Assembly (NCBI GenBank): GCA_041666305.1
Contig: JBAYHD010000003.1
Location: 30,266-94,265 of the forward strand
Origin: Minisyncoccota bacterium
GTDB lineage: Bacteria; Patescibacteriota; Minisyncoccia; Phycocordibacterales; Phycocordibacteraceae
DNA: 64,000 nt
Direction of reading: 5' to 3'
The translations under genes and the position numbers were made by a program. The notes beneath the pieces were generated by a model that had not been told where the DNA came from, did not search any database, and saw only the letters and a program-made list of their open reading frames with translations. Below, piece after piece: positions 39,833 through 49,513 of the stretch. Position 1 is the first letter of the stretch. Every line of letters begins with the position of its first letter.

Positions 39833-39913
39833 AAGGACTTGCACCGATATTATACAAAAAATCATAAATCCTTGTAGCTTTTGAGGTGAATACGAGTGGA
39901 GTACAATAGCCCC

Positions 39914-40669
39914 ATGAAAGTACTCTTTCTGGATACCGAGACCACGGGGAATGGAGATAAGGATAGGCTCTGTCAGCTGGCGGTGAAGGAGCGTTTTATA
40001 GACGAGCCGCTGGTGAACGCGACCTACAAGCCGCCGGTGCCCATTTCTATAGAATCCATGGCGATACATCACATCACCGAAAGACAGGTGGCGGCGCGGC
40101 CGGCATTTGTGGACGCGCCGGAGTATGCGAGCTTGAAGGACTTGCTCGAGAGCGATGAGGCAGTTGTCGTCGCCCACAACGCGGCTTTTGATAATGCGAT
40201 GCTCAAACGCGAGGGCATTGTGCCGCGCAAGACCATCTGCACCTACAAGCTCGCCTATGCTCTCGACCCGAACGACCAATTGCCGAATTATCGACTTCAA
40301 TACCTGCGCTATCTGCTCGACCTCGACGTGGAGGCCGAAGCGCATGATGCGTGGGGCGACGTGCTCGTGCTCGAAGCGCTTTTTGAACGGCTTGCAGAAA
40401 AAATGAAGGAACGACACGGGACCGAAGAAGCCGCGTTTGAGGCGATGCTCGCAGTATCGGCGCGGCCGCTCCTTTTCACCACGATTCGCTTCGGCAAATA
40501 TAACGGCAAGCGACTGGAAGATATCGTGAAGACAGATCAGGATTATCTCGCGTGGCTCCTGAAAGAAAAACAAAAAGAGCCGGCCGGCGAGGAGGATTGG
40601 ATTTACTCACTCAAGCATTATTTGGACAAGGGGGAGGCGGGATACGGACCGCTGGATCTCGAGATTTAG
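39914..40669 (+). CDS. DEDDh 3'-5' exonuclease (DnaQ/ExoX-like)
   Basis: LDTETTG, AHNAAFD and AHDAWGD motifs; C-terminal FGKY..YLAW domain. Confidence 0.9.
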   Translation: MKVLFLDTETTGNGDKDRLCQLAVKERFIDEPLVNATYKPPVPISIESMAIHHITERQVAARPAFVDAPEYASLKDLLESDEAVVVAHNAAFDNAMLKREGIVPRKTICTYKLAYALDPNDQLPNYRLQYLRYLLDLDVEAEAHDAWGDVLVLEALFERLAEKMKERHGTEEAAFEAMLAVSARPLLFTTIRFGKYNGKRLEDIVKTDQDYLAWLLKEKQKEPAGEEDWIYSLKHYLDKGEAGYGPLDLEI

Positions 40670-40738
40670 TAAGGAGTCACCTTACGATGGGGAAGTGATA
40701 TACTTTTTCGTATAGAACCTCAAGATATCAAAAGTCAT

Positions 40739-41623
40739 TTGCCGAGCATACTCCCCGCCGTGGTTGTGTTCCTTTTGCTCGGCGGAGTTCTTGTGTATGC
40801 GTTTATGCAAATTTCCGCATTGACGGGAACGATAGGCTCTCTGAGTCAAGAGCTGGCGTCTACCACGGCAGCGTTGTCACAGAACGCAAACCAGCTTTCA
40901 CAGAACATTACGGACCTGCGTGCGCAAAGCGCCGGACTCTCCGACACGCTTTCGAGCGCGCAACAAAATATTGATGCGGTGAACACAAAAGTCGGCGGCG
41001 TTGCACAAACCGTCGGCACCCTCGAGAAACTTTCACAGATAGATCCTGAACTTCTGAAAAAATACTCCAAGGTGTATTTCATGAACGAAAATTATGTGCC
41101 GGCGCACCTGACTGATATACCGAGCGAGTACCTCTACAACGAAAAGATTCCCCAAAAATTCCTAACGGAGGCTTCGACATTTTTGAAAAAGCTATCTGAC
41201 ACGGCAAAAGCGAACGGCGTCACTCTGTATGTCCAATCCGCGTACCGTTCATTTGGGGACCAGCAATCACTGAAATCTTCGTACTCGGTCACCTATGGCG
41301 CCGGTACCTCCAACTCGTTTTCTGCGGATCAGGGCTATTCAGAACACCAGCTTGGAACAACCGTTGACTTCATCACCACCGGGCTTGGCGGCACGCTTGA
41401 CGGTTTTGACACTACTGCGGCGTATCGGTGGCTTCTCGCAAACGCCTACCGTTACGGCTTCGTGCTTTCGTATCCAAAAGGCAACGCGTATTACGTCTAC
41501 GAGCCGTGGCATTGGCGTTTCGTGGGGAGGGAGCTCGCCACGTATCTCCACGCCAATGGCCTGAACTTTTATGACATGGAACAACGCGCAATTGACGCAT
41601 ACCTCATCAATATTTTTGACTAA
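40739..41623 (+). CDS. M15B D-Ala-D-Ala carboxypeptidase (VanY-like) with coiled-coil stalk
   Basis: SAYRS, SEHQLGTTVD and EPWHW motifs; start uncertain. Confidence 0.88.
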   Translation: MPSILPAVVVFLLLGGVLVYAFMQISALTGTIGSLSQELASTTAALSQNANQLSQNITDLRAQSAGLSDTLSSAQQNIDAVNTKVGGVAQTVGTLEKLSQIDPELLKKYSKVYFMNENYVPAHLTDIPSEYLYNEKIPQKFLTEASTFLKKLSDTAKANGVTLYVQSAYRSFGDQQSLKSSYSVTYGAGTSNSFSADQGYSEHQLGTTVDFITTGLGGTLDGFDTTAAYRWLLANAYRYGFVLSYPKGNAYYVYEPWHWRFVGRELATYLHANGLNFYDMEQRAIDAYLINIFD

Positions 41624-41671
41624 CTAGAACCAAATACGCGTGCGACGGATTGCTGATACAATGAAGGCATT

Positions 41672-42586
41672 ATGAAAAATACCATCATCGCCGTTCTCGT
41701 CATTGCGGTCGTCGGTCTCGGTGCGTATGTGCTTACCCAAAATTCGCCTAAAAATGCGGATGTAACGCCAGGCCAGGGTACAACCGCCGACACGACCCAG
41801 ACACAAAGCAACGTACAAACACCGGCAGTCATAACGAACAAGGAAGAGACAGTCATTGGGCAATCCGTACAAGGCCGTGCTATTACCGCGTACCACTATG
41901 GGACCGGTAATCAGGAGATCCTGTTTGTCGGCGACATACACGGCGGGTTCACCTGGAACACCGCTCTCCTTGCGTACAAAACGATGGATTATTTCAAGAG
42001 TAATCCGGACGTTATTCCGAGTAACTTGAAAGTGACGGTCATTCCGGTTTTGAATCCGGACGGACTCTTTGCCGTCGTGGGCACTTCTACCGCCAGTTTT
42101 ACGCAAGCGGATGTGGCGCCGTCCTCGGCGGCGCAAATCGCCGGTCGCTTTAATGCGAACGATGTGGACCTCAATCGCAACTTCGATTGTGACTGGAAGT
42201 CGAGCGCAATCTGGCAGGGGAGAACGGTAAGCGGGGGAAGCGGAGCATTTTCCGAACCGGAGAGTCAGGCGATAAAGAATTATGTTCAAACCAATACACC
42301 GAAAGCGGTGGTGGCGTGGTACTCCTCCGCCGGCGGCGTATTCGCATCGAGCTGCGGCAGTGGCGTTCTGCCGGAGACGCTCGCCCTCACGGATATCTAC
42401 GCCAAGGCTGCCGGCTACACGTCAAACGAAAGCTATGACTTCAATGCGATACCCGGCGATATGGTCAATTGGCTCGCCAAGATGGGGATTCCCGCGATTA
42501 GCGTTCTCCTCACCACTCACACGAGTACCGAGTGGACCAAAAATCAGGCAGGTATTAAAGCGATTCTCGATTACTACGCAGAGTAA
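41672..42586 (+). CDS. M14 carboxypeptidase-like protein, probably inactive
   Basis: NPDG, VDLNRNF and FSEPES fold motifs present, but two Zn ligands and the catalytic Glu are substituted. Confidence 0.85.
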   Translation: MKNTIIAVLVIAVVGLGAYVLTQNSPKNADVTPGQGTTADTTQTQSNVQTPAVITNKEETVIGQSVQGRAITAYHYGTGNQEILFVGDIHGGFTWNTALLAYKTMDYFKSNPDVIPSNLKVTVIPVLNPDGLFAVVGTSTASFTQADVAPSSAAQIAGRFNANDVDLNRNFDCDWKSSAIWQGRTVSGGSGAFSEPESQAIKNYVQTNTPKAVVAWYSSAGGVFASSCGSGVLPETLALTDIYAKAAGYTSNESYDFNAIPGDMVNWLAKMGIPAISVLLTTHTSTEWTKNQAGIKAILDYYAE

Positions 42587-43470
42587 TGAGCGATTTAAAG
42601 AAAAGACTGGCGGTCGTCGCAGTCGCGGCCATCGCGATATTTGGGGGTATCGCGTTTGTCGCGTACCTCTTGCGAACTCCGGTACCGATCGCGCCCGCCC
42701 CGATAGCTGAGGTTACGGTTCCTGACACCTCTCCACGGCACGTCGTCATTGGTAAATCGGTGGAAGGTCGCGCGATTGATTCGTATACGTATGGCACGGG
42801 AACGACGCGCCTCGGATTTGTCGGCGGTATGCACGGCGGGTATGAGTGGAACAGCGTGCTTCTCGCGTATGACCTCATGAATTATCTGACCGCACACCCT
42901 GAAAGTATCCCGGCAAATCTCTCCATCACGGTAATTCCGGACGCCAACCCCGACGGCGTATACAAGGTGCTGGGTGCTGAGGGGCGCTTCACCATCGCGG
43001 ATGTGCCGACCGGTACCAGTCTCGTACCGGGGCGTTTCAACGCAGACGCCGTGGACCTTAATCGAAATTTCGCCTGTAACTGGCAGGCGACCAGCACGTT
43101 CCTCGGAAAGGTGACGAGCGCCGGGACGGCGCCGTTCTCCGAGCCGGAAGCGCGGGCTATTCGCGATTTCGTGTTGGCCAATAGTCCGAAGGCGATGGTG
43201 TTTCTGCACAGTAAATCGGGCGCCGTATACGCGTCAGAGTGTAATGGCGGCATTCTCCCGAAGACGCTTGAAATTATGAAGGTGTACGCGCGCGCGGCGG
43301 GATATCGGGCGATTACTGTTTTTGATGCGTATAAGATAACCGGTGATGCTGAAGGATGGCTCGCTTCCATCGGCATTCCCGCGATCACGGTTGAGCTCAC
43401 GACCCATGAGACCGTGGAATGGGAGCGAAATCTCTCCGGCATAAAGGCACTTTTTGAATACTATAAATGA
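42586..43470 (+). CDS. M14 zinc carboxypeptidase (MpaA-like)
   Basis: HGGYE, DLNRNF, FLHS and TVEL motifs. Confidence 0.88.
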   Translation: MSDLKKRLAVVAVAAIAIFGGIAFVAYLLRTPVPIAPAPIAEVTVPDTSPRHVVIGKSVEGRAIDSYTYGTGTTRLGFVGGMHGGYEWNSVLLAYDLMNYLTAHPESIPANLSITVIPDANPDGVYKVLGAEGRFTIADVPTGTSLVPGRFNADAVDLNRNFACNWQATSTFLGKVTSAGTAPFSEPEARAIRDFVLANSPKAMVFLHSKSGAVYASECNGGILPKTLEIMKVYARAAGYRAITVFDAYKITGDAEGWLASIGIPAITVELTTHETVEWERNLSGIKALFEYYK

Positions 43471-43500
43471 GGTGAGGCGGGCGGTGTATAATAAAAGTAT

Positions 43501-43803
43501 ATGAAAGGATTTCTGGATTTCATTCGGGAGCAGGGAGTAGTGGGGCTGGCGGTCGGCTTCATCCTCGGCGGTGCAGTGTCCAAGCTCGTGTCGGCGCTCG
43601 TGACCGACATCATCAATCCGCTCATCGGCGTGGCGTTCGGTGCGGTTGGAGGGCTGAAGACCGCGTCGTTCACGGTCGGGTCCGCGGTATTCCTCTACGG
43701 CGACCTCATCAGCGTCCTCGTGGATTTCCTCGTCATCGCGCTCGTTGTCTACTTCGGCGTCAAACTGCTCCGCCTCGACAAGCTGGATAAGAAGAAAGAA
43801 TGA
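43501..43803 (+). CDS. mscL: large-conductance mechanosensitive channel
   Basis: FIREQGVVGLAVGFILGGA..LVTDIINP. Confidence 0.9.
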   Translation: MKGFLDFIREQGVVGLAVGFILGGAVSKLVSALVTDIINPLIGVAFGAVGGLKTASFTVGSAVFLYGDLISVLVDFLVIALVVYFGVKLLRLDKLDKKKE

Positions 43804-43828
43804 AGATTGAATCTGGTAAAATGATTTT

Positions 43829-44275
43829 ATGGATAACGACGAACTAAAAAAATTAGCACAAGAGGTTTTGAACGATGCGCGTCTGATAAGTCTCGGGACC
43901 GTGGATGAGAATGGAGTGTGGGTTGCCGACGTCATTTACGTCCCTGATGAAAACTTGAATCTCTATTGGATATCAATGCCGCAAGCCCGCCACTCGCAGG
44001 CGATAGGAGGGAATAGTAAAGTCGCGTGCTCGGTGACCGCGAGCCACGAGACGAATAAGGAGCGGGCACTCCAGATAGAAGGCGTCGCCGAAAAAATAGA
44101 CGGCCCGCTTTTTGAATACGAAAAAAAGCTGGAAGCAAAAAGAGGACTGCCTGCTCCGCAGGCGGAGGGGGAGATACTGGCGAAAGGGCATAGCTGGTAC
44201 GTGCTCAAGCCCACGAGAATTGAACTCATACACAGCGAGCTGTTTGGCTACGAGCGGAAGTCTGTTCAGCTTTAA
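43829..44275 (+). CDS. pyridoxamine 5'-phosphate oxidase-like FMN-binding protein
   Basis: SLGT, LYWIS..RHS and LQIEG motifs. Confidence 0.8.
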   Translation: MDNDELKKLAQEVLNDARLISLGTVDENGVWVADVIYVPDENLNLYWISMPQARHSQAIGGNSKVACSVTASHETNKERALQIEGVAEKIDGPLFEYEKKLEAKRGLPAPQAEGEILAKGHSWYVLKPTRIELIHSELFGYERKSVQL

Positions 44276-44381
44276 ATCGTAAGGTGAAAAGAGAACGCCG
44301 CGCTTTCCTAAGCGCGGCGAAATTGAGAGTCCTATCCTCGGTCCAATCACGGCAGTTTCTGCGCGCGGTTTGGTAAGGTTG

Positions 44382-45341
44382 TTAAACGATCATTTCCATA
44401 TAGTCGTATGCTGCACCGATCTCCAAAAGCGAGAGCGGTTCGATGACGCTTCGTAAGAAGTGCCGGGCATCGCTCACATTGTGGTCGATGTCCTTGTCCG
44501 TCGCCATCGGGTCGTGGTGCGTGAGATACAACTTCTTTGCACCGGCCCGGATGGCGAGCTCCACGCAATACCGCGGCGTGCCGTGACCGAAGCCTGCGGT
44601 ACGCACCGCATACGTTTCTTCCGAATACTGCCCGTCTTGAATGAGCAGGTCGGCATCGCGTACATGGGCCAGCAAGTCCTTCGGGTGGTCAGCCAGTTTT
44701 TCATGGTCGGTCACAAAGACGAAAACACTGCCGGTCGGGTTTTCCACGACCCGATACGAAACCGCGAAATCCGGATGGTCGGTTTTGTACATCGTGACGA
44801 TGAGGCACTCGCTCGCATCACGCCGCTGGTCGCCCAGCTGCAGTTGCTTGTGGGCGCCTATCGCCGAAAGATACTTCGCCGTGGAAAGCAGATGGATACC
44901 CGCTTTCGGATGCACGACGAGCACCTGCAAGCCCGGATTGAGGAACGATCTGCACTTGAAGCGGTGCTCTATCTGCCCGAAGAGTCGCGGGAAATACCGC
45001 TTCTTGAACAAATCCATCATCGCTTCTTTCGGACCGCCCCCGTCTTCTTCGGGACCATACACGGATACGCGCGCGCTTTCTGCATGCGCATGCGGAGCCA
45101 TGGGAAGCCCCATCAGATGATCCCAGTGGTAATGCGTCTGCAGGATCACGAGATGCGGGTGCGTCGCGATGTATTTTGCGGAAAGAGGGAAGATCCCGGT
45201 TCCCACATCGATTGCAAATACCATATCGGGCGGTAAACAGCCAGACTGTATCTGCACACAGGTGGTATTGCCGCCGTACTTCACGTTTTTCGGCGAAGAA
45301 ACGGCCATTGAACCTCTGGTACCCCACGTTGTTATCTTCAC
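44382..45341 (-). CDS. MBL-fold metallo-hydrolase
   Basis: WGTRGS, YGGNTTC, THYHWDH, GFGH and HHDP motifs. Confidence 0.88.
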   Translation of the reverse strand: MKITTWGTRGSMAVSSPKNVKYGGNTTCVQIQSGCLPPDMVFAIDVGTGIFPLSAKYIATHPHLVILQTHYHWDHLMGLPMAPHAHAESARVSVYGPEEDGGGPKEAMMDLFKKRYFPRLFGQIEHRFKCRSFLNPGLQVLVVHPKAGIHLLSTAKYLSAIGAHKQLQLGDQRRDASECLIVTMYKTDHPDFAVSYRVVENPTGSVFVFVTDHEKLADHPKDLLAHVRDADLLIQDGQYSEETYAVRTAGFGHGTPRYCVELAIRAGAKKLYLTHHDPMATDKDIDHNVSDARHFLRSVIEPLSLLEIGAAYDYMEMIV

Positions 45342-45540
45342 TATTGCCTCCGTTTGCGCGGCTTATGAAGCCACTGTTGGATTGTGTCGGAAAAGAACTC
45401 TCGCCCGTGAATCTAACAATAAAAATGAGAAAATGCAAGATTAACGTGTGGGGACTTACGAAGTCCCCAGTTCTGATTTCGGACGATTTTTGGCGGGGGA
45501 GAGTGATATAAAATTAATGCATTAACAATTAGCAACCCGT

Positions 45541-45912
45541 ATGGCTCTTACACTTCTTGCTGCAAAAATACTAGGCATCTATCTGGTTGTCGGCGGTTTG
45601 ATGGTCATCATTCGCGGGAAGACGCTCCCGCATCTTATGAAAGATTTCTTCGGCCATCCGGCCGTCGTGTACCTGACCGGCGTCATTCTTATCACTTTGT
45701 CATCGGTCTATCTGCTCCAGAAGAATGTCTGGGATGGAAGCTGGCGCACTATCATCACGGTGCTTATGTGGGCAACTCTTGTAAAAGGGTTGTCCTACAT
45801 CTTCATTCCCGGTGCGCTTGAGAAAATGGTTAACAAAAAACTCTTCGATTTTGTGAGCCTCTACGGCCTCATCGCAATCGCCGGCGGCATCTACCTCTTC
45901 TACCTCGGTTAA
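45541..45912 (+). CDS. 4-TM membrane protein
   Basis: Hydrophobic 123-aa ORF. Confidence 0.75.
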   Translation: MALTLLAAKILGIYLVVGGLMVIIRGKTLPHLMKDFFGHPAVVYLTGVILITLSSVYLLQKNVWDGSWRTIITVLMWATLVKGLSYIFIPGALEKMVNKKLFDFVSLYGLIAIAGGIYLFYLG

Positions 45913-45987
45913 TTCACTTGGAGGCGAAACCTCCAAGTAAAAACAAAAGCCCGCGCGAAGCGCGGGCTTTTCGTAAGGTGCATCGGT

Positions 45988-46365
45988 TCAGTGCAGGATT
46001 CTTTTTGCGGGAACTTGGTTTGGTACCCCTTCAAATCGAGAAACAACATCCTCGCGCTTCTCTCCTTTGAGTTCTCTGCGAATCCGGTCGAAAAATTCAA
46101 TCTTCTCTTTTTCCATCGCGCTGAGCATCTCGTCCAATTCATCATTCTTGAGTTCAAATCCGCTCGTTGCGATCATGCGCACGTACTCTTCGGATGCATT
46201 TCTCGAGACTTTTCCGTCGTGTATCAGTTTCGCCAGAACCTTCATGCCCTTGGAGACCGTTGCGAACTGCTCGCTTTCGGTGCCATCTGTGCAGGTGATC
46301 CAGCCGTGGCGGAATTTGCAAACGGGGCAGTACGATACATACGCGGTGTTTCCGGAATCGCTCAT
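45988..46365 (-). CDS. hypothetical protein with CxxC
   Basis: GGGAG SD; terminator at 45946-45971. Confidence 0.6.
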   Translation of the reverse strand: MSDSGNTAYVSYCPVCKFRHGWITCTDGTESEQFATVSKGMKVLAKLIHDGKVSRNASEEYVRMIATSGFELKNDELDEMLSAMEKEKIEFFDRIRRELKGEKREDVVSRFEGVPNQVPAKRILH

Positions 46366-46477
46366 GTTCTTCTCCCGTGGTTGTGCTCCTGCATGGTAGT
46401 TAAGTCCTCCATGGAGCGTCTGTCAATAAAAAGTAAAGGACTCCGCGGGGGAGTCCTTTTTGCTGCATGCCGTACGC

Positions 46478-46681
46478 TTACTTTTTCTCCGGCCACTTCC
46501 GAGTGGCCATCAGGCATTCCAGCCACTTCTTTTCCGATACGGACCGCATTTCCGCGCAGTTCCTTGTCGGCGTAGAAACCACCACCACCGTGGTTTTCTG
46601 GGCGTATGAGATTGCCACAGGAAACCATACGGCGAGGTTCACTATCGCCACTGTCGCCAACAGCACTGTTTTTCTGTTCAT
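46478..46681 (-). CDS. small secreted or membrane hypothetical protein
   Basis: MNRKTVLLATVAIV signal-like N-terminus. Confidence 0.4.
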   Translation of the reverse strand: MNRKTVLLATVAIVNLAVWFPVAISYAQKTTVVVVSTPTRNCAEMRSVSEKKWLECLMATRKWPEKK

Positions 46682-46780
46682 TGTGCACCCCCGTATGAAG
46701 TTCAAGGAAAAATCAATTGCTACACATAGTATACACGAATTGCGTGTATTGTCAAGTATACAAGGACTTCGTACGCCTAC

Positions 46781-47506
46781 TTATTTCATCCCGATTTTGG
46801 CGAGGAAAGTGGCGAGTTCATCTCCTTCGATAGGACGCCACGCGCCCGGTTTCAAATCTTCGAGACGGATATTCAAAATGCGCGTGCGCTCGAGCTCGAC
46901 GACCATGTTATGGAGGGCCGCAACCATGCGGCGTATTTGATGTTTCTTTCCTTCGGTGAGCGTGATGCTAAAACTTTTCGGACCGGTTTTGCGCACGACA
47001 CAGGGCTGGGTGAGGTACCCTTCGATGTCGACGCCCGCTTCCATCGTTTTCTTGAAGCTCTCGCGCAAGGGCTCGCTCGTGCGCACGCGATATTCCTTAT
47101 CATGATCGTATTCCGGATTGAGAAGCCGGTCGGTCACGCGTCCGTCGTTGGTGAGGATGATGAGCCCGCTCGAATCTTTATCGAGCCGGCCGACAGGGAA
47201 CACATCCATCGGCACGCTTGTCTTGATATCTTTCTCGCCGAGCTGGGGCGAATGCGTAATGACGCCGACCGGCTTGTTGTATGCGAAATAGAGATGTTTC
47301 TTTGTCCCAGTCTTACCGCGAAGGGTCACCTCATCTCCCTTGTTGATCTTCTCGCCCAAAAGGGCGACGCGGCCATTCACCAGCACCTTCCCGCGAGCAA
47401 TGAGCTCGTCTGCGCCACGGCGCGTCGAAATACCCTCGTGGGCGAGATATTTATTGATGCGCATCGGATATTCTTCTTCAGCGGGGCTTTTCTGCATATT
47501 CGGCAC
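46781..47506 (-). CDS. rRNA pseudouridine synthase (RsuA/RluB/RluF family)
   Basis: S4 domain RINKYLA; GRLDKDSSG and EGKKHQIRRM motifs; start uncertain. Confidence 0.92.
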   Translation of the reverse strand: MPNMQKSPAEEEYPMRINKYLAHEGISTRRGADELIARGKVLVNGRVALLGEKINKGDEVTLRGKTGTKKHLYFAYNKPVGVITHSPQLGEKDIKTSVPMDVFPVGRLDKDSSGLIILTNDGRVTDRLLNPEYDHDKEYRVRTSEPLRESFKKTMEAGVDIEGYLTQPCVVRKTGPKSFSITLTEGKKHQIRRMVAALHNMVVELERTRILNIRLEDLKPGAWRPIEGDELATFLAKIGMK

Positions 47507-47545
47507 TATACCCTGTACTGAAGCGAAGCTCTAGTACGGGGTATA
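47507..47545. repeat. palindrome, CCCCGTA...TACGGGG family
   Basis: TATACCCTGTACT...AGTACGGGGTATA. Confidence 0.7.
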
Positions 47546-47612
47546 CGCTAGTTTCTTATAATAAAACAAAGCCCGGCACGCGTGTGCGCCGGGCTATTTC
47601 AAGGTCTGGAAT

Positions 47613-47897
47613 TCAGCAGAACAGCTGATAGTTCCCCTCGGCATACGGGTGCATAAGTCTGTATGCCGCGTGCAGCTTCCGGAGATATTCTTCCGATTCG
47701 ACATTTTTTGTCTCGCGCAACTCTGCGGCTAATGCTACGAACCGCGGTTCGGCCGCTAGGCATGCGATGTATGCGGGATTTTTCAGATACGTCGTCCCGA
47801 GTATAGTTCTTTCGGGGTCTTTCACGAAGAATCCGCCGAAGCTATTCTTCTCTCTCAGAAATCTTCCGAAGCTTAGAACAGGGTCTCGATTTGCCAT
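47613..47897 (-). CDS. hypothetical protein
   Basis: GGGAG SD; terminator at 47568-47594. Confidence 0.55.
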   Translation of the reverse strand: MANRDPVLSFGRFLREKNSFGGFFVKDPERTILGTTYLKNPAYIACLAAEPRFVALAAELRETKNVESEEYLRKLHAAYRLMHPYAEGNYQLFC

Positions 47898-48004
47898 GAT
47901 GGTCTCCCAGTCGATTGTCTACCTGATAAAACTATACCGCATACGTAATAGAAAGTCAACGTCAGTCCGTTTCTTTTTAATAAGAAGTGAGTTACTGTGA
48001 TTTT

Positions 48005-49474
48005 ATGGGTCGCGAAGAAGGCGTTATACGCTTTGAGAAAGTTTCGTTCGAATACGGGCACAACAAGCCGATCCTCGATGAGGTGGATTTTCCCATACGT
48101 CGCGGAATGAAGATGGCGGTGATGGGTCAAAATGGCGCAGGGAAATCCACACTTTTTAATTTGATGGCCGGAACGCTCAAGCCCGAGAGCGGCGAAATAC
48201 ACGTGGCGCACGGCACGCTCATTGCCACAGCACCGCAGGTGATACCGCGTGGAGAGCTTACGCTCACCGTGCGCGAATTCTTCCAGAAGTGCTTCGCCAA
48301 ACCGGTGTATGACATAGATCCAAGAATTGATGACGTGCTGGAGGTGGTGAATTTGAAAGGCCATAAAAATGTGCATGACCGACTGATGAAGAGTTTTTCA
48401 GGCGGTCAACAGGCGCGTCTGCTTCTCGCATCTGCGCTCATTCAGAATCCGGACTTGCTTCTCCTTGATGAGCCCACGAACAATTTGGACACTGCCGGCA
48501 TCGAACACCTCACGAAATATCTCGTGGATTATGAGGGCACCTGCATCGTGATTTCGCACGACGCGAAATTCCTCAATGCATTTACCACGGGCGTCCTCTA
48601 TCTGGATGTCTTCACGCGCAAAGTAGAGCAGTACCACGGAAATTATAACGACGTGCAGCGGGACATCCTCGCGCGCATAGAAAAGGAAAATCGCGCGAAC
48701 GCCCAGCTCGAGAAGAAAATCCAGGAAAATAAAGACAAGGCGAACTTCTTCGCGCAGAAGGGCGGGAAGATGCGCCTCGTCGCGAAGAAAATGCGTACCG
48801 AAGTGGAGGAAATGGAAGAAGCGAAGGTGGACGTGCGCAAAGAAGACAAAACCATCCGTCCGTTCACCATCCCCGCACAACCGGACCTCAGCGGAGTCGT
48901 GCTGGCGCTCACTTCCTACACGCTGCACGGCGGCAAAAAGCCGGTGACGAAAAAGGCGAACATCGCGCTCCGGAAGAATCAGCACCTTCTCCTGCGCGGG
49001 CCGAACGGCATCGGCAAGAGCACACTGCTTGAACGTATCGTTCTCGGCACTCCGGAGGGCTCGAAAATAACCGAAGGGGTAAAAGTTGGCTACTATCGCC
49101 AGGATTTTTCGACGCTCGACTTCGAACAGACCGTGCTCGAAGCGCTTAGGGTGGCAATGGGCCGACCGGACGAAGAGCGACTGCGCGCCACTGCCGCAGG
49201 ATTCCTTTTGCACGCGGACGTGATGCACACGAAGATAGGCAATCTTTCGGAAGGGCAGAAGGGGCTCGTTGCATTCGCCTCGCTCGTACTTCTGCGCCCC
49301 GGACTCCTCATTCTTGATGAGCCAACGAACCACATCAACTTCCGCCACTTGCCGGTCATCGCAAAAGCGCTTGATGCATACCAAGGCGCGATGCTGCTCG
49401 TATCCCATGTGCCGGAATTCGTTGCGCAGATACGCATCGACGAAATATTGGATTTGGGGAAAAGTGTGGATTAG
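48005..49474 (+). CDS. ABC-F family ATPase
   Basis: Two NBDs (GQNGAGKS, GPNGIGKS; LDEPTN twice) and no TM segments. Confidence 0.92.
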   Translation: MGREEGVIRFEKVSFEYGHNKPILDEVDFPIRRGMKMAVMGQNGAGKSTLFNLMAGTLKPESGEIHVAHGTLIATAPQVIPRGELTLTVREFFQKCFAKPVYDIDPRIDDVLEVVNLKGHKNVHDRLMKSFSGGQQARLLLASALIQNPDLLLLDEPTNNLDTAGIEHLTKYLVDYEGTCIVISHDAKFLNAFTTGVLYLDVFTRKVEQYHGNYNDVQRDILARIEKENRANAQLEKKIQENKDKANFFAQKGGKMRLVAKKMRTEVEEMEEAKVDVRKEDKTIRPFTIPAQPDLSGVVLALTSYTLHGGKKPVTKKANIALRKNQHLLLRGPNGIGKSTLLERIVLGTPEGSKITEGVKVGYYRQDFSTLDFEQTVLEALRVAMGRPDEERLRATAAGFLLHADVMHTKIGNLSEGQKGLVAFASLVLLRPGLLILDEPTNHINFRHLPVIAKALDAYQGAMLLVSHVPEFVAQIRIDEILDLGKSVD

Positions 49475-49513
49475 GTGTTCAGCCCGGAGTGCGGAGGGTA
49501 TGATGGGGGCACT

